Source: an uncultured delta proteobacterium
GTDB lineage: Bacteria > Desulfobacterota > Desulfobacteria > Desulfobacterales > QNYZ01
Length of the DNA stretch: 64,000 nucleotides
Direction of reading: 5' to 3'
Assembly: GCA_963845145.1 (NCBI GenBank)
Contig: CAWJQU010000005.1
Location: 224,001-288,000 of the forward strand
Positions 29,672 through 41,181 of the stretch are shown piece by piece. Made by a program: the position numbers and the translations under genes. The notes beneath the pieces are model-generated. The model was not told where the DNA came from. It saw only the letters and a list, made by a program, of their open reading frames with translations, and searched no databases. The stretch's first letter is position 1. Each line of letters starts with the position of its first letter.

Positions 29672-30739
29672 ATGCCATTACCGTTTGGAAAGATTCCTTC
29701 CTGCATCTCCAATCAAAGACGCGCCCTCACTATTTATCGAATCGTGGTAATAATGCTGCTACCAATCACTTTAATGGTTTTTACGGCCCGCCCTATTCCG
29801 GGAAAAGTCGCACCGCCATCAAAGATGGTAAAACAGGCGGGCCCATTTTTCGTGGTCGGTCATCGGGGATCGGCCGGTTTGGCCCCTGAGAATACATTAG
29901 CGGCTTTCAAACAAGCATTGCGAATAGGCGTGGATGCGATTGAGCTGGATGTTCTTCAATCGGCGGATGGCGAGCTGGTGGTGCACCATGATTATCATCT
30001 GAACCCTGAGATCGCGCGCACATCGAATGGTGAATGGCTGAAATCCAGTCCGGGGCCACTCATCAAAGGTCTAACTCTGGCTGAACTAGAAGCCTATGAT
30101 GTGGGTCGGCTAAAGCCCTATACAAAATACGCGAATCGCTACCCGGACCAGCAACCTATGGATGGAGAACGCATTCCAACATTACGGGAAGTGATATCCC
30201 TGATAAAAAATAGCACAGCTAAAGAGACGCAGCTTTGGATAGAAATTAAAACCAATCCGGAAAAACCGGATCTTACCCCGTCACCGGCGGTCGTTGCCGA
30301 TGCAGTGGTGCAGTTGTTGCGACAACAGAATTTTACCGAACAGGCCCGTATCCTCAGTTTTGACTGGCGCGCGCTGGTGCATGTGCAGAAAATCGCGCCG
30401 GATTTGCCAACCGTTTATCTTTCCCTCGAAGGTAGGACTTTGGACAACATCAAACCCGGGCAACCAGACGCTTCACCATGGATGGCGGGCATAGATATTG
30501 ATGATTACAAAGGTTCCATTCCACGTGCGGTTAATGCCGTGGGTGGCCGATACTGGGCGCCTTACTATAAACACATTACCTATGATCTCCTTAATACAGC
30601 CCACGAACTGGGAATGCAGGTTTTTGTATGGACGCCGGATACCGACCATCACATGAAGCGCCTCATTGACATGGGTGTTGATGGAATAATAACCAACCGT
30701 CCGGATATCCTAAAAGCGGTGGTGGTTGAAGCGTTATGA
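29672..30739 (+). CDS. Exported glycerophosphodiester phosphodiesterase (GlpQ-like)
   Basis: GHRG, PENT, IELDV, GVDGIITN; N-terminal hydrophobic segment. Confidence 0.88.
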   Translation: MPLPFGKIPSCISNQRRALTIYRIVVIMLLPITLMVFTARPIPGKVAPPSKMVKQAGPFFVVGHRGSAGLAPENTLAAFKQALRIGVDAIELDVLQSADGELVVHHDYHLNPEIARTSNGEWLKSSPGPLIKGLTLAELEAYDVGRLKPYTKYANRYPDQQPMDGERIPTLREVISLIKNSTAKETQLWIEIKTNPEKPDLTPSPAVVADAVVQLLRQQNFTEQARILSFDWRALVHVQKIAPDLPTVYLSLEGRTLDNIKPGQPDASPWMAGIDIDDYKGSIPRAVNAVGGRYWAPYYKHITYDLLNTAHELGMQVFVWTPDTDHHMKRLIDMGVDGIITNRPDILKAVVVEAL

Positions 30740-30858
30740 AACAGGCCGATTGGGTTTGCCTTTTTGGGTCATCCCCAACCGGCCCGAATGAATGATAATT
30801 CGTTGCGGTAAAGCTATTTTTCTGGAACTCACCATCAACATCTCATGATGAAAAGAAG

Positions 30859-31947
30859 TTACCTCGCGTAGGGGGCGTAATCAGTGTACCCTTTCGCTTC
30901 CGACGTATACCAATAGGTCATGTCGTCAAAGGGTGCCAGCGGCCAGCCGTGTTGCAGGCGCTCAACCAGGTCCGGGTTACTGATGAAGGGGCGGCCAAAG
31001 GCGGCGATATCGGCATCTCCTGATGCCAGCCGTTTTTCACCCTCTTCTTTGGTGTAGCCGCAATTTCCGACGATGATCCCATCATAATGCGCCCTGAACT
31101 CAGCCAAGGTCATCGGCTCACCTTTTTCGTGGAATCCAAAGGCAAGCCCATCCATGATATGCACATAGGCGAGATTCATCTTATTCAGTTCTTTAATCGC
31201 ATAGAGATAGGTTTCACGAAAATCATCGCTGCCCATGTCGTTGAAAACGCCATTGGGAGATAGCCGGACGCCAACCTGCTGAGCGGGCCAGACTTCGAAA
31301 ACGGCCGTCAGTGCTTCACGGAGAAAACGGAATCTGTTTTCCGGACTGCCGCCATATTGATCAGTGCGAAGGTTGGTCTTTGAATCGAGGAACTGGTTGA
31401 GCAAGTACCCGTTGGCGCTGTGCACCTCAACCCCGGAGAAACCGGCGGCTTTGGCATTCACGGCTGCTTTTTTATAATCATTCACCGTCGCCTTTATATC
31501 GTCTGTCGTCATCGGCCTTGGCGCCTCATAATCCTTTTTGCCAAGTGGCGTATGGATCTGATCGCCGTTTAACTTCACGGCCGATGCGGAAACGGGCAGT
31601 TCTCCGTTGTGAAAATCACTATGAGACGCCCTGCCGCAGTGCCACAATTGTAGAAATAAATGAGATCCGGTTGGGTTGACCCGTTGGGTTACCTTTCGCC
31701 ATCCGGCAACCATCTCATCGGTAAAGATCCCCGGTGAGCCGATCCAGCCAACACCTTGCGGAGAAATGACCGTTGCCTCGGTGATTAAGAGTCCGGCCGA
31801 AGCACGTTGAAAGTAGTGTTCCGCCATCATTTCGTTCGGTATCCGTGATTCACCGGCGCGGCCTCGCGTCATGGGCGCCATGGCTATTCTGTTTTTAAGG
31901 GTTAAGTCTCCTATCGTCAATTCATCAAACAGCGAAGCGTTCATCAT
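30859..31947 (-). CDS. Old yellow enzyme family alkene reductase (NemA-like)
   Basis: MAPMTR, QLWHCGR, EVHSANGYL, GRPFISNPDL. Confidence 0.92.
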   Translation of the reverse strand: MMNASLFDELTIGDLTLKNRIAMAPMTRGRAGESRIPNEMMAEHYFQRASAGLLITEATVISPQGVGWIGSPGIFTDEMVAGWRKVTQRVNPTGSHLFLQLWHCGRASHSDFHNGELPVSASAVKLNGDQIHTPLGKKDYEAPRPMTTDDIKATVNDYKKAAVNAKAAGFSGVEVHSANGYLLNQFLDSKTNLRTDQYGGSPENRFRFLREALTAVFEVWPAQQVGVRLSPNGVFNDMGSDDFRETYLYAIKELNKMNLAYVHIMDGLAFGFHEKGEPMTLAEFRAHYDGIIVGNCGYTKEEGEKRLASGDADIAAFGRPFISNPDLVERLQHGWPLAPFDDMTYWYTSEAKGYTDYAPYAR

Positions 31948-32142
31948 TATTATTTCCTCCCAGGTTTTTATTGGTTTGGACCTTTGGCCTGATCATATGG
32001 CCTGATCACATGGATAGAACATACGATAAGCGCTTATTTCGCTTTGTCTGCATGAATATTTTTATACGGGCATGAAACAGTTCGGGCCGACTGGGCAATC
32101 GCTGCTCCCAGTCGGCCCGAACAGGTGTTGAAGGGTTGTGAT

Positions 32143-34047
32143 TTAAGCGACTTCCTGGAACTCCGCATCCACAACATCTTCATCAGCTTTGGGTGTGGCT
32201 GTCTGCCGATACCCGCCGTTCGGTTGCGCACCGGAAGAATCGGCCTGCTGCCCATACATAGAAGTGGTCATGGCATGCGAAATGCGCGTGAGTTCTTCGG
32301 TCAGGCGTCGGATTTCGCCAACATCTTCACCGTTCATGGCCTGTTTTAACGCGGCCACGGCTGCTTCTGCCTGGGCCTTTGAGGCCGGGTCAAGACGATC
32401 GGCCATATCTTGAAGGGTCTTTTCAGTGGAATAGACCAGCGCGTCGGCACTGTTGCGCGCGTCCACCCGGCTCTTTTTTTCCCGATCCTCATCGGCATGT
32501 TGTTCAGCATCCCGGATCAGCCGATCAATCTCTTCCTTGGACAATCCAGAAGAGGCGGTAATTCGAATCGATTGCTCCTTTCCTGTGGCCTGATCCCGGG
32601 CGGAGACATTAACAATACCGTCGGCATCAATATCAAAGGTCACTTCGATCTGGGTGGTGCCTCTTGGCGCCGGCGCGATTCCGGTCAATTCAAAACGGCC
32701 AAGGGTTTTATTATCGGTGGCCATGTCGCGTTCACCCTGCATCACATGCACGGTTACCGCCGGCTGATTGTCCTCGGCTGTCGTAAACATCTCGCTTTTT
32801 TTGGCCGGTATCGTAGTGTTTTTCTCGATTAAGCGGGTCATAACGCCGCCCATGGTTTCGATCCCCAAAGAGAGCGGGGTGACATCCAGCAACAGCACAT
32901 CACGCATGTCTCCTTTGAGTACGGCACCTTGAATGGCAGCCCCCAAAGCGACGACTTCATCCGGGTTAACGCCTTTGTTGGGCACCTTGCCGAATATTTT
33001 TTGGACGCGCGCCTGAACCGCCGGCATGCGGGTCATGCCACCGACCAAAATCACTTCGCCAATGTCGCCAGCATTAAGCCCGGAATCCTTTAACGCAGTT
33101 TTACATGGCGCCTCAAGTCTATCAAGCAGGTCACCGGCCAGGGCTTCCAGCCGGGATCGCGTCAATTTAATGTTCAAATGCTTGGGTCCGGAGGCGTCGG
33201 CCGTGACGAACGGCAGGTTGATATCGGTCTCCATGGCCGTGGACAACTCTACCTTGGCTTTTTCCGCGGCCTCTTTTAACCGTTGCAGGGCCATTTTATC
33301 GCCACGCAGATCAATTCCCTGATCCTTTTTAAATTCATCGGCCAGGTACTCAATCAGGCGAAGATCGAAATCCTCACCACCCAGGTGGGTATCGCCATTA
33401 GTGGCCTTCACCTCGAAAACCCCTTCGCCGATCTCAAGTACGGATACGTCAAATGTTCCACCGCCTAAGTCGAAAACAACCACCTTTTCCTCGGTTTTTT
33501 TATCCAGGCCATAAGCCAGGGACGCGGCCGTTGGTTCGTTAATGATACGCCGAACGTTCAGTCCGGCAATTTTTCCCGCATCTTTGGTGGCCTGGCGTTG
33601 GCTGTCGTTAAAATAGGCCGGTACGGTAATGACCGCATCGGTGACTTTCTCGCCCAGGTATTCCTCGGCTGCTTTCTTGATGGTGGCCAGAATATGCGAG
33701 GACACCTCAGCCGGGCTATATGGGCGCCCCTGAATGTTCAGGCGCACGTCGCCATTGTCCGCCCGCTCGATTTTGTAAGGCAGGACCTTAATGTCGGCCT
33801 GCACTTCCGGTGATTCATATTTTCGCCCAATGAGGCGTTTGACGCCAAAAACGGTATGTTCCGGATTGGTGATGGCCTGTCGTTTGGCTATTTGGCCGAC
33901 CAATCGCTCGCCGCCGGTGGAGACGGCGAACACGGATGGCGTGGTGCGGCCCCCCTCTGCATTGGTGATCACCTTGGCCTCATCTCCTTCCATGACCGCC
34001 ACGCAGGAGTTGGTTGTGCCCAGGTCGATGCCGATTATTTTTCCCAT
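32143..34047 (-). CDS. dnaK: Chaperone DnaK
   Basis: [25 protein letters not shown]. Confidence 0.97.
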   Translation of the reverse strand: MGKIIGIDLGTTNSCVAVMEGDEAKVITNAEGGRTTPSVFAVSTGGERLVGQIAKRQAITNPEHTVFGVKRLIGRKYESPEVQADIKVLPYKIERADNGDVRLNIQGRPYSPAEVSSHILATIKKAAEEYLGEKVTDAVITVPAYFNDSQRQATKDAGKIAGLNVRRIINEPTAASLAYGLDKKTEEKVVVFDLGGGTFDVSVLEIGEGVFEVKATNGDTHLGGEDFDLRLIEYLADEFKKDQGIDLRGDKMALQRLKEAAEKAKVELSTAMETDINLPFVTADASGPKHLNIKLTRSRLEALAGDLLDRLEAPCKTALKDSGLNAGDIGEVILVGGMTRMPAVQARVQKIFGKVPNKGVNPDEVVALGAAIQGAVLKGDMRDVLLLDVTPLSLGIETMGGVMTRLIEKNTTIPAKKSEMFTTAEDNQPAVTVHVMQGERDMATDNKTLGRFELTGIAPAPRGTTQIEVTFDIDADGIVNVSARDQATGKEQSIRITASSGLSKEEIDRLIRDAEQHADEDREKKSRVDARNSADALVYSTEKTLQDMADRLDPASKAQAEAAVAALKQAMNGEDVGEIRRLTEELTRISHAMTTSMYGQQADSSGAQPNGGYRQTATPKADEDVVDAEFQEVA

Positions 34048-34218
34048 GATAATTCCTCCGATTTAATTTATATTACTATTTTTGTTTATGCTTTAATAGT
34101 AATATAATCTTATCGGATGTCAAGGCTATAAATACATTTCCGGAAAAAATGATGGGTGAGGATGTGCTTTTGTCTCTGTCCGGCCAGGCAGACCAGATGG
34201 CTTCCTAATCCCTATATG

Positions 34219-35430
34219 TTACGGAACCAGGTAGTGGTTTCGAAGATCCCGAACAAAACCAATAAATTTAGGACTTTGGTTCAAAACAGGAGCGTTGAGT
34301 CGGATGGTGTTGGTCGCATCGCCATGGGTTGTACGAATCGTCAGATTGACGAGATCCAGGTCGGGGGGACAGGGGAGACGCGCCACCTGAAGATATTGTG
34401 GAAGTGTTTCCCAATGTCGAAAATCGGGTTGTTCCATGGCCACCAGCAATAGCCAAACCAGGGAACCCAGCAATTCGTTCTCTTTTTCGATTCCATAAGA
34501 AATGGCTCGTTTGGCGGCAATTCGGCCGGCCGTTTTGGCCGCTTTCATCGCGGCCGCTCTTTTTTCAGACAAGGCGGCCAAATGGCGTGTATCCGTAAGC
34601 GTATAGGTACGACCCAGTAATTTCCCTTCCGCGTAAATTTCAGCGTAAGGAAACGGGCTGACGGAAGGAACGGGCCAGGTTGTGCCGTAATCGGCAACCC
34701 TGCCAAGCAGCATAAACAGGATCAGTTCAGACCCGCCGTTTTCAGGATTATCGCGCGCCGGCATTAAAGGGAGACCCGCTTCACCGATGGGTCTCAGTTG
34801 TCCCGAATCGTCTATGGCAACCGTCGGACTAAACGTGGAAGCTTTGCGATAACGCACCCGTGCGTTGGACCAATCGCCGACGAGCTCCAGACAAAACCCG
34901 GCCATATAGTGTGAAAAAGCATCTTGCGGATACTCTCCAATGGCTTCGGGCTTAAGGGTGTTGATGATACGACGCGCTTCTACAGCGGCATCCTGCCGGT
35001 TTTCGCTACCGAGATAAGACAGCGCCGCCATCACGTGCAGATAGGTGCGCTCAAAAGGATAGCCTCGAAAGCGCAGGGCATTGTCATTGACAACCATGCT
35101 GGTGGCACCGCGGCTGACGCTAAGCGTTTCGCTTTGTTCCAGCAGATCGTTGGCCTCGTTAAAGTCGTGCACGCTTTTATCGTACTGACCGGCGGCCTGA
35201 TAAAGGGTCCCGCGTTCCATTAGAAAAAGAATACGATCACGCTTGGGAACTTTTTTTTCATCGAGAAGCGTTAACGCATACTGAGGGTTCCCGTCATAGA
35301 ATTCCCGACGGGCGTTGTCCAGATAAGACGAAGCACAACCGGTGATCATCACCATCGTGGTAATCACCACGAATGATAAGGACCGCCAGGCCCGCCGGTT
35401 ATGTGCCGGTGCTGACACAGAAAATGGCAT
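34219..35430 (-). CDS. TPR-like lipoprotein (COG3014-like)
   Basis: Lipobox ITGC; A.VEARR; PDFRHWETLP; next to lpoB-like gene. Confidence 0.7.
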   Translation of the reverse strand: MPFSVSAPAHNRRAWRSLSFVVITTMVMITGCASSYLDNARREFYDGNPQYALTLLDEKKVPKRDRILFLMERGTLYQAAGQYDKSVHDFNEANDLLEQSETLSVSRGATSMVVNDNALRFRGYPFERTYLHVMAALSYLGSENRQDAAVEARRIINTLKPEAIGEYPQDAFSHYMAGFCLELVGDWSNARVRYRKASTFSPTVAIDDSGQLRPIGEAGLPLMPARDNPENGGSELILFMLLGRVADYGTTWPVPSVSPFPYAEIYAEGKLLGRTYTLTDTRHLAALSEKRAAAMKAAKTAGRIAAKRAISYGIEKENELLGSLVWLLLVAMEQPDFRHWETLPQYLQVARLPCPPDLDLVNLTIRTTHGDATNTIRLNAPVLNQSPKFIGFVRDLRNHYLVP

Positions 35431-35436
35431 GATCGT

Positions 35437-36060
35437 CTACCAACCGATCAGGGGCTTGCTGGTTTCGCGGGCAAATTCATGCTCGGCGATCCACTTGATT
35501 TCGCCGGTTTCAATATCGTTGGCTTCCATAGTCAGTTTGTAATAGCTGAATACCTTTTTGGAAACACGGACCTGTCGTCCCGATTTTTTCTCTATTTTGG
35601 ACAATGCACCGGTCAGCATGTAGCGAACCCCCAACTGCCGGCCGATGGCTACGTTCTGGCCCGGTGTAACGTTATCCGCCTGAAACCCTTGCTCCGCCAT
35701 GATCTCTTTACGCCGCACTTCATTGACAAAACGGATTTTTCCGGACTGGATCAGTTTGACGCGCATCTGATCGGTCAGGCTGCGGGTGTCGATATGTTCA
35801 TCGGTGTCGTTAAAAACCTCTTCAATCATCATAACGGGCGGCGCCGGTTGCGAAGCCATAAATGGACTGGGGAGCAGCTGGTCTACCATCACAGTGGATA
35901 AGGTCCGTAGATCTGCAGCGTCATAATCCTGATCATAGTGCTTCATGTTGTCGACATCAACTTCTGTCGTCGATTGTCTGAAAGCGGCACAGCCACTGGT
36001 CAACAGCATTGCTGCCGATAATAGCACCACACCTGACCACTTAACGGCGATTTTGTTCAT
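35437..36060 (-). CDS. lpoB: LpoB-family lipoprotein
   Basis: Lipobox TSGC; NDTDEHIDT; GKIRFV; TGEIKW. Confidence 0.75.
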   Translation of the reverse strand: MNKIAVKWSGVVLLSAAMLLTSGCAAFRQSTTEVDVDNMKHYDQDYDAADLRTLSTVMVDQLLPSPFMASQPAPPVMMIEEVFNDTDEHIDTRSLTDQMRVKLIQSGKIRFVNEVRRKEIMAEQGFQADNVTPGQNVAIGRQLGVRYMLTGALSKIEKKSGRQVRVSKKVFSYYKLTMEANDIETGEIKWIAEHEFARETSKPLIGW

Positions 36061-36256
36061 GATGTTCCTCCATTAAAAGTTTCGAATTCGGGTCAAGGGC
36101 TGAGTTCCCGAAAATACGCCCAAAACAATTCGTGTTTTGCTGGCGTAATGATAATCATCATTTGAAAAAAAAGCGACTTTAGGGTTCGCGTCGGGCTCAT
36201 CGTCGTTGACGACCCGGCCGCTCAGTTCACCGGCCGCTTAATTCAGGGGTGCACTT

Positions 36257-37516
36257 TCACCCCGTGAAGCGATCGATGCGATAAAACGATGGGTCAATAC
36301 TCGGCGTTTCATGATGGATCATTTCCGCCACCAGCCGCCCGGTGGCCGGTGCCATCGTGATGCCGAGTTCATTGTGGCCGGCAGCCAGGACGACATTTTT
36401 AAATGTGGGGAGATGGTCAACGATGGGCATACCGTCCCAGGTCATGGGGCGCCAACCGCACCATTCTTCTTCGATTTGGCCCGATACGGAAAAGGGCATA
36501 TACTGCGCCAGTGCCCTAAAAAGCGCGGTTAGCCGGCCTGAATTCAAGTCTTCGTCATAACCGGAAAATTCCATGGTCCCACCCAACCGTAAACCATTTT
36601 CCCATGGGGTCATGACCACACGCTCATTTTCAAAAAAACAGGGCATTGACGGCGCCTTTTCCGGGCGCCGGACAGTGACCGAGTAGCCCTTTCCCGGTTG
36701 AATCGGAATGCGGGTTCCGAGGGCTTGCACCCTTAAAGGCGTCCAGGCCCCGGTGGCCACCACAAATGCATCGGCGGTAAATGTTCCCCGATTGGTGCAT
36801 GCCGATACGGCCAGGTCTTCGGTTCTATTAAATGCCTGCCATTCGGTCTGCTCATGAATCACCACGCCCTTGTTTTTCAATACCGTAACAAGCGCCTGTA
36901 AGAAGGCCTCGGGACGGATAGATGCGGCATGACCGTCATGCCAACCCCCGACCACGTCAGGGGACAGGGTCGGCGCCACCGCCTGCAGACGGCTTCCAGT
37001 CAGGAGGTTGAGGTTCGATTCAGCGAGGCCGTCGACCTTATGGCCAGCTCCGTAAGCATCGCATGCCTTTTGATTTCGAAACAGGTGACAGTTACCGGAA
37101 ATTTTCCAGTCGCATTCGATTCCTTCGGCGGCGATGATGGTATCGTAAAGGGCAATGGCGTCGGCCATGAGGGCGGTGCGTCCGGCCATCGAGCGTTGAC
37201 GGTGGTGCGCCTGGCAATGACGGATAAACTGAATCATCCAGCGCACCCAGGTGGCATCGAATCGCCAGCGCATATAAAGCGGCGCGTTTTTCTTGAACAT
37301 CCACCCGATGCCCTTCATCAGGTTGGCCGGTGTATTTAACGGTATGCTGTGGGAGGGTACGATGAGGCCGCAATTTCCATGAGAGGCGCCGTCACCAAAG
37401 CGGCCCTTTTCCAAAATAGTGACAGACCATCCCTTTTTACACAAAAAATAGGCGGCCATGCCGCCGATAATCCCACCGCCGATGATAAGTGCCCGTTTTG
37501 ATGCGATTGCCATCAC
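36257..37516 (-). CDS. FAD-dependent D-amino-acid dehydrogenase family
   Basis: GGGIIG, ASHGNCG, PGKGYS, GWRPMT, GHNELG. Confidence 0.85.
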   Translation of the reverse strand: MMAIASKRALIIGGGIIGGMAAYFLCKKGWSVTILEKGRFGDGASHGNCGLIVPSHSIPLNTPANLMKGIGWMFKKNAPLYMRWRFDATWVRWMIQFIRHCQAHHRQRSMAGRTALMADAIALYDTIIAAEGIECDWKISGNCHLFRNQKACDAYGAGHKVDGLAESNLNLLTGSRLQAVAPTLSPDVVGGWHDGHAASIRPEAFLQALVTVLKNKGVVIHEQTEWQAFNRTEDLAVSACTNRGTFTADAFVVATGAWTPLRVQALGTRIPIQPGKGYSVTVRRPEKAPSMPCFFENERVVMTPWENGLRLGGTMEFSGYDEDLNSGRLTALFRALAQYMPFSVSGQIEEEWCGWRPMTWDGMPIVDHLPTFKNVVLAAGHNELGITMAPATGRLVAEMIHHETPSIDPSFYRIDRFTG

Positions 37517-37561
37517 GCGAGGTCCTCAGTGAATGGGTTGTGGGATTTTCTTACGCAACCA

Positions 37562-38197
37562 TTAGGGCATATATACCGGATGCTTTTTCTCAAACCGGTC
37601 GATCAGTTTTTCATGCTGCAAGGTTGAATCGATATCATCCACGCCGTTGACGAGTTGATCTTTTTCACCCGCATCGATGTCAAACCCATAGCGTTTTTCT
37701 TCAGCGGTATGGATGATGACCGCCTGCCGAAGCAGATCGACGGTGGCGGTCAACCCCTCGTTAGATGCAACGGCGCGATGAATGTCGTCTACTTCCGGTT
37801 CGGAAAGCTCCACAGCCAAAAAACCGTTCTTGACAGCATTATTGCGAAAAATATCGGCAAAGCCGGGAATACGTTCGCCATTAATGATACGCCAGGGAGC
37901 GATTATGGCCCGATACCCATCCTGGGCCAGGGCCCAGACGGCATGTTCACGACTGGAGCCGCAACCGAAGTTATTGCCGGCTACCAGAATGGATCGATTC
38001 TGATAGCGTGCCGCATTGAGTTCAAATTCGGGATTCGGAGAACCGTTCTCCAGGTACCGCCAATCAAAAAAGGCCTGGGGGCCGAAGCCGGTGCGGTGAA
38101 TCGACTTTAAAAACTGCTTGGGAATAATGGCATCGGTATCGACATTGGCCCGTGGCAGGCTGGCAAGGAGACCGGTATGGGTAGTAAAGGGATTCAT
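37562..38197 (-). CDS. leuD: 3-isopropylmalate dehydratase small subunit
   Basis: NVDTDAIIPKQFL, NFGCGSSREHA. Confidence 0.95.
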   Translation of the reverse strand: MNPFTTHTGLLASLPRANVDTDAIIPKQFLKSIHRTGFGPQAFFDWRYLENGSPNPEFELNAARYQNRSILVAGNNFGCGSSREHAVWALAQDGYRAIIAPWRIINGERIPGFADIFRNNAVKNGFLAVELSEPEVDDIHRAVASNEGLTATVDLLRQAVIIHTAEEKRYGFDIDAGEKDQLVNGVDDIDSTLQHEKLIDRFEKKHPVYMP

Positions 38198-38211
38198 TGT
38201 TTTTCCTTTTT

Positions 38212-39624
38212 TTAGGATTCAGCCGGCCATTGGCGAATATCCACGAAACGGCCCTCAACCGCCGCAGCAGCAGCCATGGTCGGGCTGACTAAATGCGTGC
38301 GACCGTCTTTGCCCTGACGTCCCTCAAAATTACGATTGGAGGTCGAGGCGCAACGTTGGCCGGGTAGTAGTTTGTCCGGGTTCATGGCAAGGCACATGCT
38401 GCAGCCGGGGTACCGCCACTGGGCGCCGGCGTTTGTAAATATTTTATCCAATCCTTCGGCCACGGCCTGATTGTACACCGCTTTCGATCCGGGCACCACC
38501 AGCGCTTCGACGGAAGGGGCAACTTTACGACCATCGAAAATACGGGCGGCTTCCCGCAGGTCTTCGATTCGGGAATTGGTGCAGCTGCCGATAAAAACGA
38601 CATCCAGCGGCAGATCGGTGAAGCGTTGGCCCGGCTTCAGCCCCATATAGGCCAGGGCCTTTTCCACGTCAGGCTTCCGATACCCCGGCACCTGATCCGG
38701 TTCGGGAATGGGTGTATCCACATCCGCCACCATACCGGGGCTGGTGCCCCAGGTAATTTGTGGCGCGATCTCGCCGGCAGCAATGGATAGGGTCCGGTCA
38801 AAGGTGGCCTCCGGATCTCCGGGAAGGGTTTTCCAAAACAAAATGGCGTCGTCAAGGGCTTTGCCTTGGGGGGCGAAGGGACGGTTTCCCTGGGTGATGT
38901 ATTCAAAAGTCGTATCGTCCGGCGCAATCATACCGGCCCGGGCGCCGGCTTCGATACTCATATTGCAGATGGTCATACGACCTTCCATGGACAATCCGCG
39001 CACGGCTTCGCCGCAATATTCAAAAATATACCCGGTCCCACCGGCGGTGCCCGTAAGACCGATCATTTTAAGAACCATGTCTTTAGCCGTGATATGCGGC
39101 TGAAGCTGTCCGGTAAATTCGATCTTAAAAGTAGCCGGTTTGCGTTGTCTCAGGGTTTGACTCGCCAGCACCAATTCCACTTCCGATGTACCGATGCCAA
39201 AAGCCAGCGCGCCGAAAGCACCATGGGTAGCGGTATGGGAGTCGCCGCAGACAATGGTCAAACCCGGCAGCGTAATTCCCAACTCGGGTCCGATCACATG
39301 CACGATCCCCTGGCGATCATCATCCAACCCATATAGCGGTATCTTAAAATCCCCACAGTTCTTTTCCAAAGCCTCGATCTGGGCCTTGGCGATGGGGTCT
39401 TTGATCTCTTTTCGATCGGCAGTGGTGGGCACATTGTGGTCCAGGGTGGAAAACGTCAGGTCCGGTCGGCGAACCGTGCGGTCGGCCAGGCGCAGCCCTT
39501 CGAATGCCTGTGGGCTGGTCACTTCGTGCACCAGGTGACGGTCGATGTAAAGTAATGCAAATCCGTCGGAAAGCTCGGTAACGACGTGGGCTTGCCAAAT
39601 TTTATCAAAGAGTGTTTGGGGCAT
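38212..39624 (-). CDS. leuC: 3-isopropylmalate dehydratase large subunit
   Basis: [36 protein letters not shown]. Confidence 0.96.
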   Translation of the reverse strand: MPQTLFDKIWQAHVVTELSDGFALLYIDRHLVHEVTSPQAFEGLRLADRTVRRPDLTFSTLDHNVPTTADRKEIKDPIAKAQIEALEKNCGDFKIPLYGLDDDRQGIVHVIGPELGITLPGLTIVCGDSHTATHGAFGALAFGIGTSEVELVLASQTLRQRKPATFKIEFTGQLQPHITAKDMVLKMIGLTGTAGGTGYIFEYCGEAVRGLSMEGRMTICNMSIEAGARAGMIAPDDTTFEYITQGNRPFAPQGKALDDAILFWKTLPGDPEATFDRTLSIAAGEIAPQITWGTSPGMVADVDTPIPEPDQVPGYRKPDVEKALAYMGLKPGQRFTDLPLDVVFIGSCTNSRIEDLREAARIFDGRKVAPSVEALVVPGSKAVYNQAVAEGLDKIFTNAGAQWRYPGCSMCLAMNPDKLLPGQRCASTSNRNFEGRQGKDGRTHLVSPTMAAAAAVEGRFVDIRQWPAES

Positions 39625-39983
39625 TGTGAATCCTTTGTAAAATTAATATCATCTGATTTTTGAAACCATATACCTGAAACCATGTTCGTATGTATGCATA
39701 CCAAGATACGTTCGTTACGCCAGGGTGTCAAGCGCAATATATTTGAGTACGGCCAGTTTCTTTAATGTATGATCTTTTTTGAATCGTCATTGATTTTTTT
39801 ATCTATTTCGAGACCGCCCGAAATCCCATAATGGATGTGTTTATGTAGGGGCAATCGCAAATATCAACCATGCTTTTTAAATTTTCCTTGCGATTTTCCT
39901 AGTGATCGACCAAACACCTATATGGACTAAAGGGATATCATGTATAGCCACATATGGTCATATTTTTAGCCTGACAACTACCT

Positions 39984-40973
39984 TCATAGCGATAGCCAGG
40001 TACCGATCCCCTTTTCCTTGGCGCGCTTGTAAATCAAAGGGGCGACAGCCATATCCTCGATGGCCAACCCCAGATTGGCGGTCATGGTGCGTTCATCGGC
40101 ACTTTCTCGACCCTGTTTAGCCCCGGCCGCTAATTCGCCCAAATCGGCATGAATCGCGGGGATTTTTTGAAAATAACCCATTTCACGATAATGCTGTAGT
40201 TGTGCCGTGTCATCCGTACAAAATTTAGCGGTTTCCATCATGGCATCCGCATGCCAGTAAGCGTCAAAATCCACCAGGGAGGCGAAAGCCCCCTTATCCA
40301 GCCAACCGGGTAAAATAGTGGCGTGGGGTTCTTTTAATATCGGCCCTGCGGTCACCACGATATCGCAGCCGGAGACGGCTTCCCGGGGAGAGGCTACCCC
40401 TACCACTTCGAGGTCCAGGCGGCGGGAGATATCCGCAGCATAGTTTTTTCGGGCGGTTTCGCTGAGATCATAGGCCATCACCTTTTTTATGGAAAAGCGC
40501 GTTTTCAATGCTTCCACATTGGTTCGCCCCTGAACCCCGCAGCCCAATATGCCGACCACCGATGATTCAGGCCGGGCCAAAAAGGTCGCTGCCAGGGCGG
40601 TCGCCGCTCCCGTGCGCATGCCTGTTATCCATACACAATCCATCACGGCCAGCGGTAGTCCGGTGTCCACATCATTTAAAACCAGCAGTCCGGTGATGTA
40701 GGGAAGCCCGTGCTTTTGGTTTTCAGGAAAGGCACTCACCCATTTAATTCCGGCGGACTTCAAGGCCGGGATATAGGCCGGCATGGCGTGAATAAAGCTA
40801 TCCGGCGGGCCCGGATGAATGCCTGGCTTGGGGGGCATCTCGGTTGCGCCTTTTCCCTTTTCAACAAATACCGTCTCAAGCGCGGCAATGATCTCCGCCA
40901 TGGTGATCCCAACGGATTCCACCTCGGCCCTTGAAAGATAAAGTAGTTCATGGGACATCGTCATTTCTCCCAA
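39984..40973 (-). CDS. Ornithine cyclodeaminase/mu-crystallin family protein
   Basis: ITGMRTGA, GCGVQG, GLAIEDMA. Confidence 0.88.
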   Translation of the reverse strand: MGEMTMSHELLYLSRAEVESVGITMAEIIAALETVFVEKGKGATEMPPKPGIHPGPPDSFIHAMPAYIPALKSAGIKWVSAFPENQKHGLPYITGLLVLNDVDTGLPLAVMDCVWITGMRTGAATALAATFLARPESSVVGILGCGVQGRTNVEALKTRFSIKKVMAYDLSETARKNYAADISRRLDLEVVGVASPREAVSGCDIVVTAGPILKEPHATILPGWLDKGAFASLVDFDAYWHADAMMETAKFCTDDTAQLQHYREMGYFQKIPAIHADLGELAAGAKQGRESADERTMTANLGLAIEDMAVAPLIYKRAKEKGIGTWLSL

Positions 40974-41181
40974 TGTAAGCCTATATAAATGCGGTGGTTC
41001 ATATCATTTTAGCCGCCGGCAAGTCCAATTTTATTTTAAACCTTGACAACCGCCCCTTTCCCTGACTATTTTGAAAGCTCAACTAACACATTGTGGCAAT
41101 GAGAATACGCCTCTGTCATTCTCAACTATTTCAATAAGTTCAGATATTAATACCCTACTTGAATTGCTATTTTGAGGGTCG

